The notes under the pieces: model-generated
What the model was told of the DNA's origin: nothing
The model's database searches: none
Seen by the model: the letters and a program-made list of their open reading frames with translations, nothing else
Translations under genes and position numbers: made by a program
Origin: Delftia acidovorans NBRC 14950
Lineage (GTDB): Bacteria > Pseudomonadota > Gammaproteobacteria > Burkholderiales > Burkholderiaceae_C
Reading direction: 5' to 3'
Assembly (NCBI RefSeq): GCF_001598795.1
Contig: NZ_BCZP01000015.1
Span: 60,001 to 92,000 of the forward strand
DNA: 32,000 nt
In this document: piece by piece, positions 9,088 to 18,803 of the stretch
How the letters are laid out: every line of letters starts with the position of its first letter
Position numbering within the stretch: the first letter of the stretch is position 1

Positions 9088-9147
9088 GGATGACAGAGAA
9101 TTGGTGGACTAAATCAACATTCTAGGCCGTCGCAGGCCGCTTCGCCA

Positions 9148-9960
9148 ATGAACTTGCCCAATCCAGCCACCTCTGCCGTGACACCGGCCCCCGTCGTCCA
9201 GCGTGTCCGCCATTCCTTCCGCGCCCGCCATGTGCAATTGCTCTCGCGCGAACAGCCCAGCCCCGGCTTTGTCCGCCTGACCCTGGGCGGCCCCGATCTG
9301 GAGGACTTCGTGAGCGCCGGTTTTGACGACCACGTCAAGCTCATCCTGCCGCAGGCCGGGCGCGAACTGCCCGCGCTTCCCGTGCTGCTCGATGGCCGTC
9401 CGACCTTCGTGGAGGACGAACGCCCCACCTTGCGCGACTACACGCCGCTGCGCTACGACGCCGCGCGCCAGAACCTCATCATGGATTTCGCGCTGCACGA
9501 TGCCGGCCCCGCCACCGAATGGGCGCTGACCGCCCCGCTGGGCCAGTGGGTGGGCCTGGCCGGTCCGCGCGGCAGCCTGGTGATCTCGGCCAACCTGCCA
9601 TGGCACTGGCTGTTCGGCGACGAGACCGCCATGCCCGCCATCGAGCGGCGCCTGGCCGAACTGCCCGCCGGCAGCCGCGCCGTGGTGCGCGTGCAGCTGC
9701 GCAACCCGGCCGACCGCCGTCAGTGGAGCAGCACGGCCCGGCTGGACTGCGACTGGGTCGAATCGCTGGCCGATGCCGTGCACGCGCTGGAGCTGCCCCA
9801 GGACGACGGCTACATCTGGGCGGCGGGCGAGCACAGTGCCATGGCCGAGCTGCGTCGCCTGCTGCTGGCCAAGGGCGCATCGCCCAAGCGCATGCGCGTG
9901 GCCTCTTACTGGAAGCAGGGCACGGCCGACCACCATGAAGACCTGAACGATCCCAGCTGA
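9148..9960 (+). CDS. Siderophore-interacting protein (FAD-binding_9 / SIP family ferric-reductase-like)
   Basis: 270 aa: RHVQLLSREQPSPGFVRLTLGGPDLEDFVSAGFDDHVKLILP, RDYTPLRYD, WLFGDETAMPAIERRLAEL and YWKQG are typical of ViuB/SIP proteins. Confidence 0.8.
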   Translation: MNLPNPATSAVTPAPVVQRVRHSFRARHVQLLSREQPSPGFVRLTLGGPDLEDFVSAGFDDHVKLILPQAGRELPALPVLLDGRPTFVEDERPTLRDYTPLRYDAARQNLIMDFALHDAGPATEWALTAPLGQWVGLAGPRGSLVISANLPWHWLFGDETAMPAIERRLAELPAGSRAVVRVQLRNPADRRQWSSTARLDCDWVESLADAVHALELPQDDGYIWAAGEHSAMAELRRLLLAKGASPKRMRVASYWKQGTADHHEDLNDPS

Positions 9961-9992
9961 CCTTCCTGGAGAAAAGAACGGAAGTACAGACG

Positions 9993-10022
9993 AAAAAAAG
10001 CCCACCGAAGTGGGCTTTTTTT
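9993..10022. terminator. Bidirectional rho-independent terminator
   Basis: aaaaaaa-GCCCAC-cgaa-GTGGGC-ttttttt read directly, between the SIP gene and the convergent tRNA. Confidence 0.8.
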
Positions 10023-10027
10023 CGTGG

Positions 10028-10104
<77 letters not shown>

Positions 10105-10247
10105 GTAATCCGCAGTAATTTCGTTTTCACTGCATTTTCTGCAGCGAAGAAGTGAACTATAACCGATATCTTTCCGTCACGCAACTGCGATAGGCGCGAA
10201 ACATGCGTGCCAGGGCGGCTGCCACCCCTCGGTATAGTGCTCACCCC

Positions 10248-11633
10248 ATGGCCAAAGACAAAACCACGTTCATCTGCAATGCCTGCGGAGGCACCAGCCC
10301 GCGCTGGCTGGGCAAATGCCCGGCCTGCGGGGCCTGGAACTCGCTGATCGAGGCCGTTGCCGAGCCTGCGAGCGCGGGCAAGAACCGGCTCAGCCAGCCC
10401 CAGGGCTATGCGGGCCTGGCCAATGTCCAGGCCGTGATGCCGCTGTCGGCCATCGAGGCCCAGGACGTGGCGCGCACGCCCAGCGGCATCGAGGAGCTGG
10501 ACCGCGTGCTGGGCGGCGGCATTGTCGAAGGCGGCGTGGTGCTGATTGGTGGCGATCCCGGCATCGGCAAGTCCACCCTGCTGCTGCAGGCCATGGACGC
10601 GCTGCACCGCGTCGGCCTGCCCACGCTGTATGTCACGGGCGAGGAAAGCGGTGCCCAGGTCGCGCTGCGCTCGCGCCGCCTGGGGCTGGAGGCCAGCCAG
10701 GTCAATGTGCTGGCCGAGATCCAGCTGGAGAAGATCCTCGCCACCATGGAGGCCACCCAGCCGGCCGTGGTCGTCATCGACTCCATACAGACCGTGTACT
10801 CGGACCAGCTGTCCTCGGCGCCGGGCTCGGTGGCCCAGGTGCGCGAATGCGCGGCCCACCTCACGCGCGCGGCCAAGACCACGGGCATCACCGTGATCCT
10901 GGTCGGCCATGTGACCAAGGAAGGCGCACTGGCCGGCCCGCGCGTGCTCGAGCACATGGTGGACACGGTGCTCTACTTCGAGGGCGACACGCACAGCAAC
11001 TTTCGCCTGGTGCGCGCCATCAAGAACCGCTTTGGTGCCGTCAACGAGATCGGCGTCTTCGCCATGACGGAGAAGGGCCTCAAGGGCGTCACCAACCCCA
11101 GCGCCATCTTCCTGTCCCAGCACAGCGAGCCCGTGCCCGGCTCCTGCGTGCTGGTCACGCTGGAGGGCACGCGCCCCATGCTGGTGGAGATACAGGCCCT
11201 GGTCGATCAGGGCGGCCCCGCGCCCCGGCGCCTGTCCGTGGGCCTGGACCGCGACCGGCTGGCCATGCTGCTGGCCGTGCTCAGCCGCCACGCGGGTGTG
11301 GCCTGCGCGGACCAGGATGTGTTCGTCAACGCCGTGGGCGGCGTGCGCATCAGCGAGCCTGCGGCCGATCTGGCCGTCATGCTGTCCATCACCTCCAGCC
11401 TGCGTGGCCGCGCCCTGCCCAAGGGATTCCTCGCCTTTGGCGAAGTGGGCCTGGCCGGCGAAGTCCGCCCCGCGCCGCGCGGCCAGGAGCGCCTGAAGGA
11501 AGCGGCCAAGCTGGGCTTCACCATGGCCGTGGTACCCAAGGCCAATGCGCCCAAGAAGGCTATTGCCGGTCTGACCGTGCATGCCGTCGAACGCGTGGAC
11601 GAGGCCATGAATATCGTCCGAGGGATGGGCTGA
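10248..11633 (+). CDS. radA: DNA repair protein RadA/Sms
   Basis: MAKDKTTFICNACGGTSPRWLGKCPACGAWNSL (zinc finger), Walker A GGDPGIGKST, KNRFG motif and a Lon-like C-terminal domain. Confidence 0.93.
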   Translation: MAKDKTTFICNACGGTSPRWLGKCPACGAWNSLIEAVAEPASAGKNRLSQPQGYAGLANVQAVMPLSAIEAQDVARTPSGIEELDRVLGGGIVEGGVVLIGGDPGIGKSTLLLQAMDALHRVGLPTLYVTGEESGAQVALRSRRLGLEASQVNVLAEIQLEKILATMEATQPAVVVIDSIQTVYSDQLSSAPGSVAQVRECAAHLTRAAKTTGITVILVGHVTKEGALAGPRVLEHMVDTVLYFEGDTHSNFRLVRAIKNRFGAVNEIGVFAMTEKGLKGVTNPSAIFLSQHSEPVPGSCVLVTLEGTRPMLVEIQALVDQGGPAPRRLSVGLDRDRLAMLLAVLSRHAGVACADQDVFVNAVGGVRISEPAADLAVMLSITSSLRGRALPKGFLAFGEVGLAGEVRPAPRGQERLKEAAKLGFTMAVVPKANAPKKAIAGLTVHAVERVDEAMNIVRGMG

Positions 11634-11712
11634 CGCGCATGCCGAGCGCATTGCGGGGGCATACGCACTGTCCGCAGCGGCCCTGCGGCGCCTCCATAAG
11701 ACAATCGGCGCC

Positions 11713-12153
11713 ATGAATTTGCGCAATATCCTGATTCCTCTGGGCCTGCTCGTACTGCTGGTGGCTGCGCACCAGTCCTATGGCTGGATGGGTGTGGTCG
11801 CCGTGGGCGGCGGCATCATGATGTGGCTGCTGCTGCATTTCACGCGGCTGATGTCCATCATGAGGAAGGCCTCGGACCGGCCCATGGGCTATGTGGGCAG
11901 CGCCGTCATGCTCAACGTCAAGCTCAAGCCCAAGGTCTCGCTGATGCACGTGGTGGCCATGACGCGCTCCCTGGGCGAGCGCCTGTCCGAGGAGGGCCAG
12001 CAGCCCGAGATCTACCGCTGGACCGACGGCACGCAGTCGCATGTGACCTGCGAGTTCAAGAGTGGCCGTCTCATGAAGTGGACCCTGGTACGCCCCACGC
12101 CAGAGGCGGAGCAAGAGGCACCTGCGGCCCCCGATGCAGTCCCTGCGCCCTAA
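11713..12153 (+). CDS. Hypothetical small membrane protein (2 predicted TM plus a soluble C-terminal domain)
   Basis: ATG start and high GC3. N-terminus MNLRNILIPLGLLVLLVAAHQSYGWMGVVAVGGGIMMWLLL. No family recognised. Confidence 0.6.
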   Translation: MNLRNILIPLGLLVLLVAAHQSYGWMGVVAVGGGIMMWLLLHFTRLMSIMRKASDRPMGYVGSAVMLNVKLKPKVSLMHVVAMTRSLGERLSEEGQQPEIYRWTDGTQSHVTCEFKSGRLMKWTLVRPTPEAEQEAPAAPDAVPAP

Positions 12154-12197
12154 AATACCGGGTTGGTGTTCTGTTCAATACCCCCAAGGATGTTCCT

Positions 12198-13136
12198 ATG
12201 AGCCCCGTTGTTCCCTCGATGGCCGACCGTGACGGCAAGATCTGGATGGATGGCCAGCTGGTGGACTGGCGCGATGCCAAGATCCATGTGCTGACCCACA
12301 CGCTGCACTACGGCTGCGGCGCATTCGAGGGCGTGCGGGCCTACAAGTCCGAGCAGGGCACGGCCATCTTCCGCCTGGAAGACCACACCAAGCGCCTGTT
12401 CAACAGCGCCAAGATCCTGCGCATGCAGATCCCGTTCACCCAGGAAGCGGTGAACCAGGCCCAGGTCGAGGTCGTGCGCGCCAACCAGCTGGAATCGTGC
12501 TACCTGCGCCCGCTGACCTGGATCGGCGACCGCAAGCTGGGCGTCTCCCCCAAGGGCAACACCATCCACCTGATGGTTGCGGCCTGGGCCTGGGGCGCCT
12601 ACCTGGGCGAAGAAGGCATGCAGCGCGGCATCCGCGTGAAGATCTCCAGCTTCACGCGCCACCATGTGAACATCACCATGAGCCAGGCCAAGGCGGTGAG
12701 CAACTACACCAACTCCATCCTGGCCAACACCGAGGCACTGGACGACGGCTACGACGAGGCCATCCTGCTGGACGCCTCGGGCTTCGTCTCCGAAGGCTCG
12801 GGCGAGAACATCTTCGTCATCAAGGACGGCGTGGTCTACACGCCCGACCTGTCGGCCGGCGCGCTCAACGGCATCACGCGCAACACCGTGATGCACATCT
12901 GCAAGGACCTGGGCCTGGAAGTGGTGCAAAAGCGCATCACGCGCGACGAGCTGTACATCGCCGATGAAGTCTTCTTCACCGGCACGGCCGCCGAAGTCAC
13001 GCCCATCCGCGAGGTGGACCGCATCGAGATCGGCGCGGGCAGCCGCGGCCCCCTCACCGAAAAGATCCAGCAGGCCTTCTTTGACATCGTCAACGGCCGC
13101 AACCCCAAGTACGCCCATTGGCTGACTCGGGTCTGA
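12198..13136 (+). CDS. ilvE: Branched-chain amino acid aminotransferase
   Basis: MSPVVPSMADRDGKIWMDGQLVDWRDAKIHVLTHTLHYGCGAFEGVRAY...AKAVSNYTNSILA...GSGENIFVIKDG is the class IV aminotransferase pattern. Confidence 0.92.
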   Translation: MSPVVPSMADRDGKIWMDGQLVDWRDAKIHVLTHTLHYGCGAFEGVRAYKSEQGTAIFRLEDHTKRLFNSAKILRMQIPFTQEAVNQAQVEVVRANQLESCYLRPLTWIGDRKLGVSPKGNTIHLMVAAWAWGAYLGEEGMQRGIRVKISSFTRHHVNITMSQAKAVSNYTNSILANTEALDDGYDEAILLDASGFVSEGSGENIFVIKDGVVYTPDLSAGALNGITRNTVMHICKDLGLEVVQKRITRDELYIADEVFFTGTAAEVTPIREVDRIEIGAGSRGPLTEKIQQAFFDIVNGRNPKYAHWLTRV

Positions 13137-13171
13137 ACATCCCTAGAGACCCACGAAAGAGATAAGCAAGC

Positions 13172-13381
13172 ATGACAACGAATGCCACCGTCGAACTGGC
13201 GGCCAAGGACCTCAACGCCCAGGGCGGCGTGTTCTGCCCCAGCCCCAAGGCCGACATGAAGCTGTGGAACAGCCATCCCAAGGTCTACCTGGACGTGGCC
13301 CACACCGGCGAAGCCAAGTGCCCCTACTGCGGCACGCTGTACCGCCTGAAAGCCGGCGAAGTCTTCGCAGGCGGGCATTGA
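13172..13381 (+). CDS. Zinc-finger (zf-CHCC-like) domain small protein
   Basis: 69 aa with FCPSP...KVYLDV...EAKCPYCGTLYRLK, resembling the zf-CHCC / NDUFS6-like family. A terminator follows. Confidence 0.65.
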   Translation: MTTNATVELAAKDLNAQGGVFCPSPKADMKLWNSHPKVYLDVAHTGEAKCPYCGTLYRLKAGEVFAGGH

Positions 13382-13383
13382 AC

Positions 13384-13410
13384 AAAGCGGGCCTCGGCCC
13401 GCTTTGTGTG
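13384..13410. terminator. Bidirectional rho-independent terminator
   Basis: AAAGCGGGCC-tc-GGCCCGCTTT followed by tgtgtgt. On the other strand the same hairpin is followed by TTTGTT. It lies between convergent genes. Confidence 0.75.
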
Positions 13411-13412
13411 TC

Positions 13413-14357
13413 TCAGCGCGCCGAAAGCGCGCGGCTCCAGATGCTGCCGGGCGCAGCACCTCCGTGCAAAGCCAGCATGTCCGTGAAGTGGCGCCGCTCC
13501 CCGCCGCGCAGCTTGACGATGGGCGCCGCCACCTGCGGCGCCTTCGCCAGGCACAGCTGGGGGTAGAGCAGGTACCACTTCCAGCGCAGGGCAGAGTGAT
13601 AGAAGAAGGCCGTGTCCTCGGCCTTGAACAGCGTGAGCCGGGCATCGGGCAGGCGCCGCATCACCTGCTGGGCCGTCACATGGATCAGAAGGTAATTTGG
13701 ATCGGGAATGCCCTGCAGCACCTCGGCGGCGTCGTGCCGCGACTGCAGGCGCTGCAGATAGGCCTCGGGGCCGTCCACGATCAGCGCCTGGTGGAACTCC
13801 TTTTGCCATTCCGATACAAAGCGCGAGCCGGCCGGAGCGCAGAATGACCAGCTTTCGATCACGGGGTAGCGCCTGTCCCTGGTGAAGCCCTCAAGGTAGA
13901 AGCCTGCCAGCTCGGCAGCGCCTGCGCCGGGGCAGGCGCCCATCCAGTCCAGCGGCGCGGTCAGCAGCGTGGTGGCGTCGAACCAGTAGCCGCCATGGTG
14001 TGCCACCAGGTACAGGCGAAGCCAGTCCGATTGCTTGGTGGGATGGAGTTCGGCAAACGCCGCAGGAAGGTCGCCGGGGGCGACGTACTGGCCCAGGTTC
14101 TCTGGCGTCACGACGATGACCTGGTGATCCGGGCACTGCCGCCGCCAGCTGTCCACGCACTGCTGGACGAAGGGATCCAGGCCGGACTGGTTCCAGTACG
14201 TCCAGATCGTTTTCGGGATTTCCGCTGCAAGACCATCGGCTGCCGGGGGCGATGGGGGCAGCTGCAAGGGCGCAGGCATGGTGTAATCTGCGCCGATTTT
14301 GGAAGGCGCCGCCCAGCGATGGAGCAGCCTGAATAAGACCGCAGGAATTTTTTTCAT
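13413..14357 (-). CDS. Glycosyltransferase of the capsular-polysaccharide-synthesis (Caps_synth / Gly_transf_sug-like) family
   Basis: IPKTIWTYWNQ...QSDWLRLYLVAHHGGYWFDATTLLTAPLDW motif set. Clear paralog of the 17828..18781 product. Confidence 0.7.
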   Translation of the reverse strand: MKKIPAVLFRLLHRWAAPSKIGADYTMPAPLQLPPSPPAADGLAAEIPKTIWTYWNQSGLDPFVQQCVDSWRRQCPDHQVIVVTPENLGQYVAPGDLPAAFAELHPTKQSDWLRLYLVAHHGGYWFDATTLLTAPLDWMGACPGAGAAELAGFYLEGFTRDRRYPVIESWSFCAPAGSRFVSEWQKEFHQALIVDGPEAYLQRLQSRHDAAEVLQGIPDPNYLLIHVTAQQVMRRLPDARLTLFKAEDTAFFYHSALRWKWYLLYPQLCLAKAPQVAAPIVKLRGGERRHFTDMLALHGGAAPGSIWSRALSAR

Positions 14358-14410
14358 GAGCGGATGGAAAGCGGAATGCCCGCATTTTGGGGCAGAAAGT
14401 TGCGGTCTTG

Positions 14411-15679
14411 ATGAGATTTGACAAGTCGAAGCTGCCAGGAGTCCTCACGACCCTGGCAGCTGTTCTGGTGCCCGGGCTGGCCTTGTGGCTGCGCTCGGGC
14501 TATTCCTATGGCGCGGGCCTCATGGCCCTGGGCGCCCTGTGTTTTCTGCCCCGCTGGGTCCGGTACAGGCAGTCACCTGGCACCTGGCTGCTGGTTGCAC
14601 TGTTCATGGGCATGGCGGTGATGTGGTACCACCTGTCCGTGCTGGACGGGGGCACCGGGCAGTTCGACCGCCCCGTGAAGTTCATCCTGGGCGCCGTCAG
14701 CCTGCTGTTTGCCATGTGCTACCCGCCCACGGCGCGGATCTTCCTGTGGGGCATTCCACTGGGCAGCGCAGGCGCGGGCTTCATGGCCCTGTGGCAGGTC
14801 TGGGTGCTGGGCATGGAGCGGGCCACGGGCTACACCAATGCCATCCAGTGGGGCAACATGGCCTTGCTGCTGGGCTGCTTCTCCTGCATCTATGCCATGT
14901 CCTTCTGGCACCAGCGCTCCCTGCTTTGGCGCCTGCTGGTGCTGGCGGCCGCCGCGCTGGGGGCGCTGGCTTCGCTGCTGTCGGGCTCGCGCGGCGGGTG
15001 GCTGGCGCTGTTGCCGATGTTCTTCATGCTGACGATTCTGGTGCGCATGTACCGTCCGCAGTACTTCGGCCGCCTGTTGCTGGGCTGCGCCGCATTGCTG
15101 GTGGCGCTGGCCACCGTGATGGCCTTCATCCCGCGCGTCAGCGAGCGCGTGGATGAGGTCTACCTGGATGTGAGCACCTACCTTCATGCCGGCAACTCCA
15201 ATACCTCGCTGGGCACCCGGCTGGAGCAGTACCGGCTGGCCGTGCAGATGATCGGCGAGAAGCCACTGCTGGGCTGGGGCATGCAGGGCTATGTGGACGA
15301 GATGCACCGGCGCGTGGACGCCGGCAGCTATGGCCAGTCCATCCGCGAATACAACTTCATCCACAACGACTTCCTGGACATCTGGGTCAAGCTCGGTGTG
15401 CCGGGCGTTCTGCTGCAGGCAGCGCTGTTCGCCTCGCTGCTGTGGCTGTTCTGGCCCTCGCGGCGGCGCATGGCGCTGTGGCCTGCGGACAGCACCCCCT
15501 GGCGCGAGGCCCTGCTGCTGCGTATCCTGGGCAGCCTGATGCCAGCCATGTACCTGGCGTTCGGCATGTCACAGCAATTTTTCGTGCACAACAGCGGCAT
15601 CGTCTTCTTCGTCTTCCTCGTGGTGGCCCTGTGGTCATCGCTGCATGGCCTGGAAAGGGCCAGCGGAGCCGTGCGGTGA
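14411..15679 (+). CDS. O-antigen ligase-like (Wzy_C domain) polytopic membrane protein
   Basis: About 12 TM, a periplasmic loop and the ...GSRGGWLAL... / HNDFLDIWVKLGVPG motif typical of WaaL/O-antigen polymerase-type proteins. ATG 14411 is preferred over TTG 14387. Confidence 0.7.
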   Translation: MRFDKSKLPGVLTTLAAVLVPGLALWLRSGYSYGAGLMALGALCFLPRWVRYRQSPGTWLLVALFMGMAVMWYHLSVLDGGTGQFDRPVKFILGAVSLLFAMCYPPTARIFLWGIPLGSAGAGFMALWQVWVLGMERATGYTNAIQWGNMALLLGCFSCIYAMSFWHQRSLLWRLLVLAAAALGALASLLSGSRGGWLALLPMFFMLTILVRMYRPQYFGRLLLGCAALLVALATVMAFIPRVSERVDEVYLDVSTYLHAGNSNTSLGTRLEQYRLAVQMIGEKPLLGWGMQGYVDEMHRRVDAGSYGQSIREYNFIHNDFLDIWVKLGVPGVLLQAALFASLLWLFWPSRRRMALWPADSTPWREALLLRILGSLMPAMYLAFGMSQQFFVHNSGIVFFVFLVVALWSSLHGLERASGAVR

Positions 15680-16797
15680 CGGAACGCGCCACCACGGCCC
15701 GGCCCCGGGTGCTGCACTTCGTGACGGGCGGCTTCTCGGGTGCCACCCAGGTGGCGGTGGATCTGGTGTCGGCGCACCGCGCGTCGGGCCGCTTCGACGC
15801 CAGACTGGTGCTGCGGCGCAAGCGCAATACCTCCGATGAACGCGTGCAAAAGCTGCGCGACGGCGGCATCGATGTCGACGTGGTGGCCGGCTGGTCCCAT
15901 GCCGCCACCGTCTGGCAGCTGCGCCGCATCTGCCTGGACTTTCGGCCGGACATCGTCGTGGCCCATGGTTTCAGCGACCACCTCTGGGGCCGCTTTGCCG
16001 CGCTGTGGGCCGGCGTGCCCTGCCTGGTGCATGTGGAACACAACTCGCGCGAGCGCTACACGCGCTGGCGGCTGGCTCAGGCCCTGTGGCTGACCGAGCG
16101 CACGGCCGCCATCGTCGGCTGCTCCGAAGGCGTGCGCCAGAGCCTGCAGGACCGTGGATTTCCTGCCGCCAAGCTGATGGCCATCAGCAACGGCATCCGG
16201 CCCGAGCCTTATCTGCAGGAGCCACCCCCCTTGCTGCAGCGCCGGCCGGACATCGTCATGGCCGCGCGCTTTGCGCGGCAAAAGGACCATGCCACCTTGC
16301 TGCGCGCGCTGGCCGTGCTGCGCCAGCGCGGCCTCAAGCCCACGCTGACCCTGGCCGGCGGCGGCAAGGCGCGCGCCCAGCAGGCGGCGCAGCGGCTCAG
16401 CGCCGAGCTGGGTCTGCAGGACCAGGTGCAATTCATCGGCATGTGCAACGACGTGCCCGGCCTGCTGCGTGCGCACCGCGTCTGCGTGCTGTCCACGCAC
16501 TACGAGGGCATGCCCCTGTCCCTGCTGGAAGGCATGGCGGCGGGCTGCGTGGTGGTGGGCAGCCGCGTGGTGGGCGTGCAGGAAGTGGTGCGGCCCGGCG
16601 ACAACGGCCTGCTGGCCGGGCACGCCGACCCTGAATCGCTGGCCGACGCCCTGCAGCAGGCGCTGCAGGATGACGAGGCCGCCGTGCGCATGGCCGCCAC
16701 CGCGCGGCAGGAAGCCCTGTCGCACTACAGCCTGCAGCGCATGACCGGCCAGTACGAAGACCTGTTCGCACGCCTGCTGCAGGGGGAGCGTCCGTGA
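15676..16797 (+). CDS. Glycosyltransferase family 4 (GT-B, Glycos_transf_1)
   Basis: GTG start overlaps the ligase stop (GTGA). RVLHFVTGGFSGATQV..., and C-terminal STHYEGMPLSLLEGMAAGCVVVGSRVVGVQEVV carries the EX7E-type motif. Confidence 0.75.
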   Translation: MTERATTARPRVLHFVTGGFSGATQVAVDLVSAHRASGRFDARLVLRRKRNTSDERVQKLRDGGIDVDVVAGWSHAATVWQLRRICLDFRPDIVVAHGFSDHLWGRFAALWAGVPCLVHVEHNSRERYTRWRLAQALWLTERTAAIVGCSEGVRQSLQDRGFPAAKLMAISNGIRPEPYLQEPPPLLQRRPDIVMAARFARQKDHATLLRALAVLRQRGLKPTLTLAGGGKARAQQAAQRLSAELGLQDQVQFIGMCNDVPGLLRAHRVCVLSTHYEGMPLSLLEGMAAGCVVVGSRVVGVQEVVRPGDNGLLAGHADPESLADALQQALQDDEAAVRMAATARQEALSHYSLQRMTGQYEDLFARLLQGERP

Positions 16798-17831
16798 CCT
16801 GGCTCAGCATCCTGGTGCCCGTCTACAACGTGCTGCCCTACCTGGAGGAATGCCTGCAGTCCGTCATGGACCAGGCCGATGCCGGCGTGCAGGTGCTGGT
16901 GCTGGACGACTGCTCCACCGACGGCTCCTGGGCCCTGATGCAGCAACTGGACCAGCGCTGGCCCGGCCGCCTGCAGCTCATGCAGCACGAGCGCAACGCC
17001 GGCCTGAGCGCGGCGCGCAACACCATGATCGATGCGGCCACGGGCGACTACCTGTGGTTTTTGGACTCCGACGACAAGCTGCTGCCCGGCGCGATTGCCG
17101 GGCTGTCGGCCATCGTGCAACAACACGCGCCCGATGCCGTGCTCTGCGACTTCTCCGTCTGGCGCGAGGCCCCGCGCCTCAAGCACCGCCTGCGCGGCGA
17201 GGCGCACCGGCACAGCTTCCACGGCCCCACGCTGCAGCGCTCGCAGGACCGCGGCGCCCTGCTGGCCGGCCTGCTGCGCACGGGCCAGCTGCATGCCTGG
17301 TCCAAGATCTCGCGCCGCAGCCTGTGGGATGCCGGCCTGCGCTTTCCTGCAGGCCGCTACTTCGAAGACATGATGACCATGCCGCAGATGGCGCTGCGCT
17401 GCAGCAGCTTCTACTACTGCCCCCAGCCCTGGGTGGCCTACCGGCAGCGTGCCAACTCCATCCTCGCGTCCATGACGCCTGCCAAGGCGGCAGACCAGTC
17501 CGCCGCCCTGTGGCCCCTGGCGCAGGCCGTGCAAGCCCTGCAGGATGATGCGCTGCGCAACGACGGGCGCCTGCACTTCGCCTGGGCGCACCAGGCTGCG
17601 CGCAACCTCATCGGCGCCCTGCGCTTTCTCGACCGGCAGCGGGACATGCCGCCAGCGCAGCGGCAGGAACTGGCCCAGCAGTTCCTGGCGGACTTCGGCC
17701 GCATCTCCCCGCTGTCCCTGCCCGCCCTGCGCCAGGCCTATCTGCGGCGCGGCTGGTGGCTGCGCGCATGGAAGCTGCGCAGCTGGGAGCGCCGCGCGCA
17801 GCAACTGGGAACACCGGGAGCCCACGCATGA
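16794..17831 (+). CDS. Glycosyltransferase family 2
   Basis: LSILVPVYNVLPYLEECLQSV...VLDDCSTDGS...FLDSDD (DXD). Its start overlaps the upstream stop (GTGA). Confidence 0.85.
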   Translation: MTWLSILVPVYNVLPYLEECLQSVMDQADAGVQVLVLDDCSTDGSWALMQQLDQRWPGRLQLMQHERNAGLSAARNTMIDAATGDYLWFLDSDDKLLPGAIAGLSAIVQQHAPDAVLCDFSVWREAPRLKHRLRGEAHRHSFHGPTLQRSQDRGALLAGLLRTGQLHAWSKISRRSLWDAGLRFPAGRYFEDMMTMPQMALRCSSFYYCPQPWVAYRQRANSILASMTPAKAADQSAALWPLAQAVQALQDDALRNDGRLHFAWAHQAARNLIGALRFLDRQRDMPPAQRQELAQQFLADFGRISPLSLPALRQAYLRRGWWLRAWKLRSWERRAQQLGTPGAHA

Positions 17832-18781
17832 GCGGCCTGAAACTGAAAACCCGGGGCGAGCTGTGGCTGGCGGCCGGCATGCGCCGCTTCTACGCCACCT
17901 TCGCACGCCGCCTGGAGCAGGGCCCGGCGCCTGACTTTCGCAGCCATGACATCGGGCCTGCGGCGCCCGTGCCCGTCTCCACGCCCATTCCCCGCATCAT
18001 CTGGGCCTACTGGAACGGCGACTCGGTGCCGCTGCTCATACAGCGTTGCTTTGACAACTGGGCCCGCCTGAACCCCGGCTACAGCCTGCGCATCCTCAAC
18101 GACGCGCAACTGCCGCAATACGTGCCGCAACTCCCCGCCAACCTACAGCAGCTGCCCGTGGCCAAGCGCTCGGACTGGCTGCGCCTGGAATTGCTGCACC
18201 GCCACGGCGGCATCTGGCTGGACGCCAGCACCATCCTCACCGAGCCGCTGGACTGGCTGCTGGAGCAGCAGCAGCGCAGCGGCGCCGACCTCGTCGCCTA
18301 CTACCTGGAGCGCTACACCCGCGACCCGCAGGTGCCCGTGGTCGAGAACTGGCTCATGGCCGCGCCCCCGGGCAGCGCCTTCATCGCGGCCCTGCACAAG
18401 GAATACGTGGAGCAGGTCCTGCCGCAGACGGGCGAGGCCTATATCGCCCAGCTCCAGCAGGCCGGCGAATACGAGCAACTGCGCCAGGGCATCGACATGC
18501 CCTCCTACCTGAGCATGCACCTGGCCATGCAGCGCGTGCTGCGCGCAGGCGGCAGCTACCGCCTGCGGCTGGCCAAGGCCGAGGACGGCCCCTTCTTCCT
18601 GCACGTGCTGGGCCGCTGGGGCCGCACCCCGCTCAAGATCCGCCTCATGTTCTCGCGCACCGAACAGGCGCCCGTGCCGCTGATCAAGCTGCGCGCGCCC
18701 GACCGCAAGAAGCTGGACCTGTACCTGGAGCGCGGCCTCTACGTGCCCGGCAGCATCGCCGACCGCTATCTGCGGGGCTGA
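17828..18781 (+). CDS. Glycosyltransferase of the capsular-polysaccharide-synthesis (Caps_synth-like) family, second copy
   Basis: ATGA overlap with the GT2 stop. IPRIIWAYWNG...RSDWLRLELLHRHGGIWLDASTILTEPLDW, paralogous to 13413..14357. Confidence 0.7.
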   Translation: MSGLKLKTRGELWLAAGMRRFYATFARRLEQGPAPDFRSHDIGPAAPVPVSTPIPRIIWAYWNGDSVPLLIQRCFDNWARLNPGYSLRILNDAQLPQYVPQLPANLQQLPVAKRSDWLRLELLHRHGGIWLDASTILTEPLDWLLEQQQRSGADLVAYYLERYTRDPQVPVVENWLMAAPPGSAFIAALHKEYVEQVLPQTGEAYIAQLQQAGEYEQLRQGIDMPSYLSMHLAMQRVLRAGGSYRLRLAKAEDGPFFLHVLGRWGRTPLKIRLMFSRTEQAPVPLIKLRAPDRKKLDLYLERGLYVPGSIADRYLRG

Positions 18782-18803
18782 GCGGCGAGCGCGGACTGGG
18801 CCA

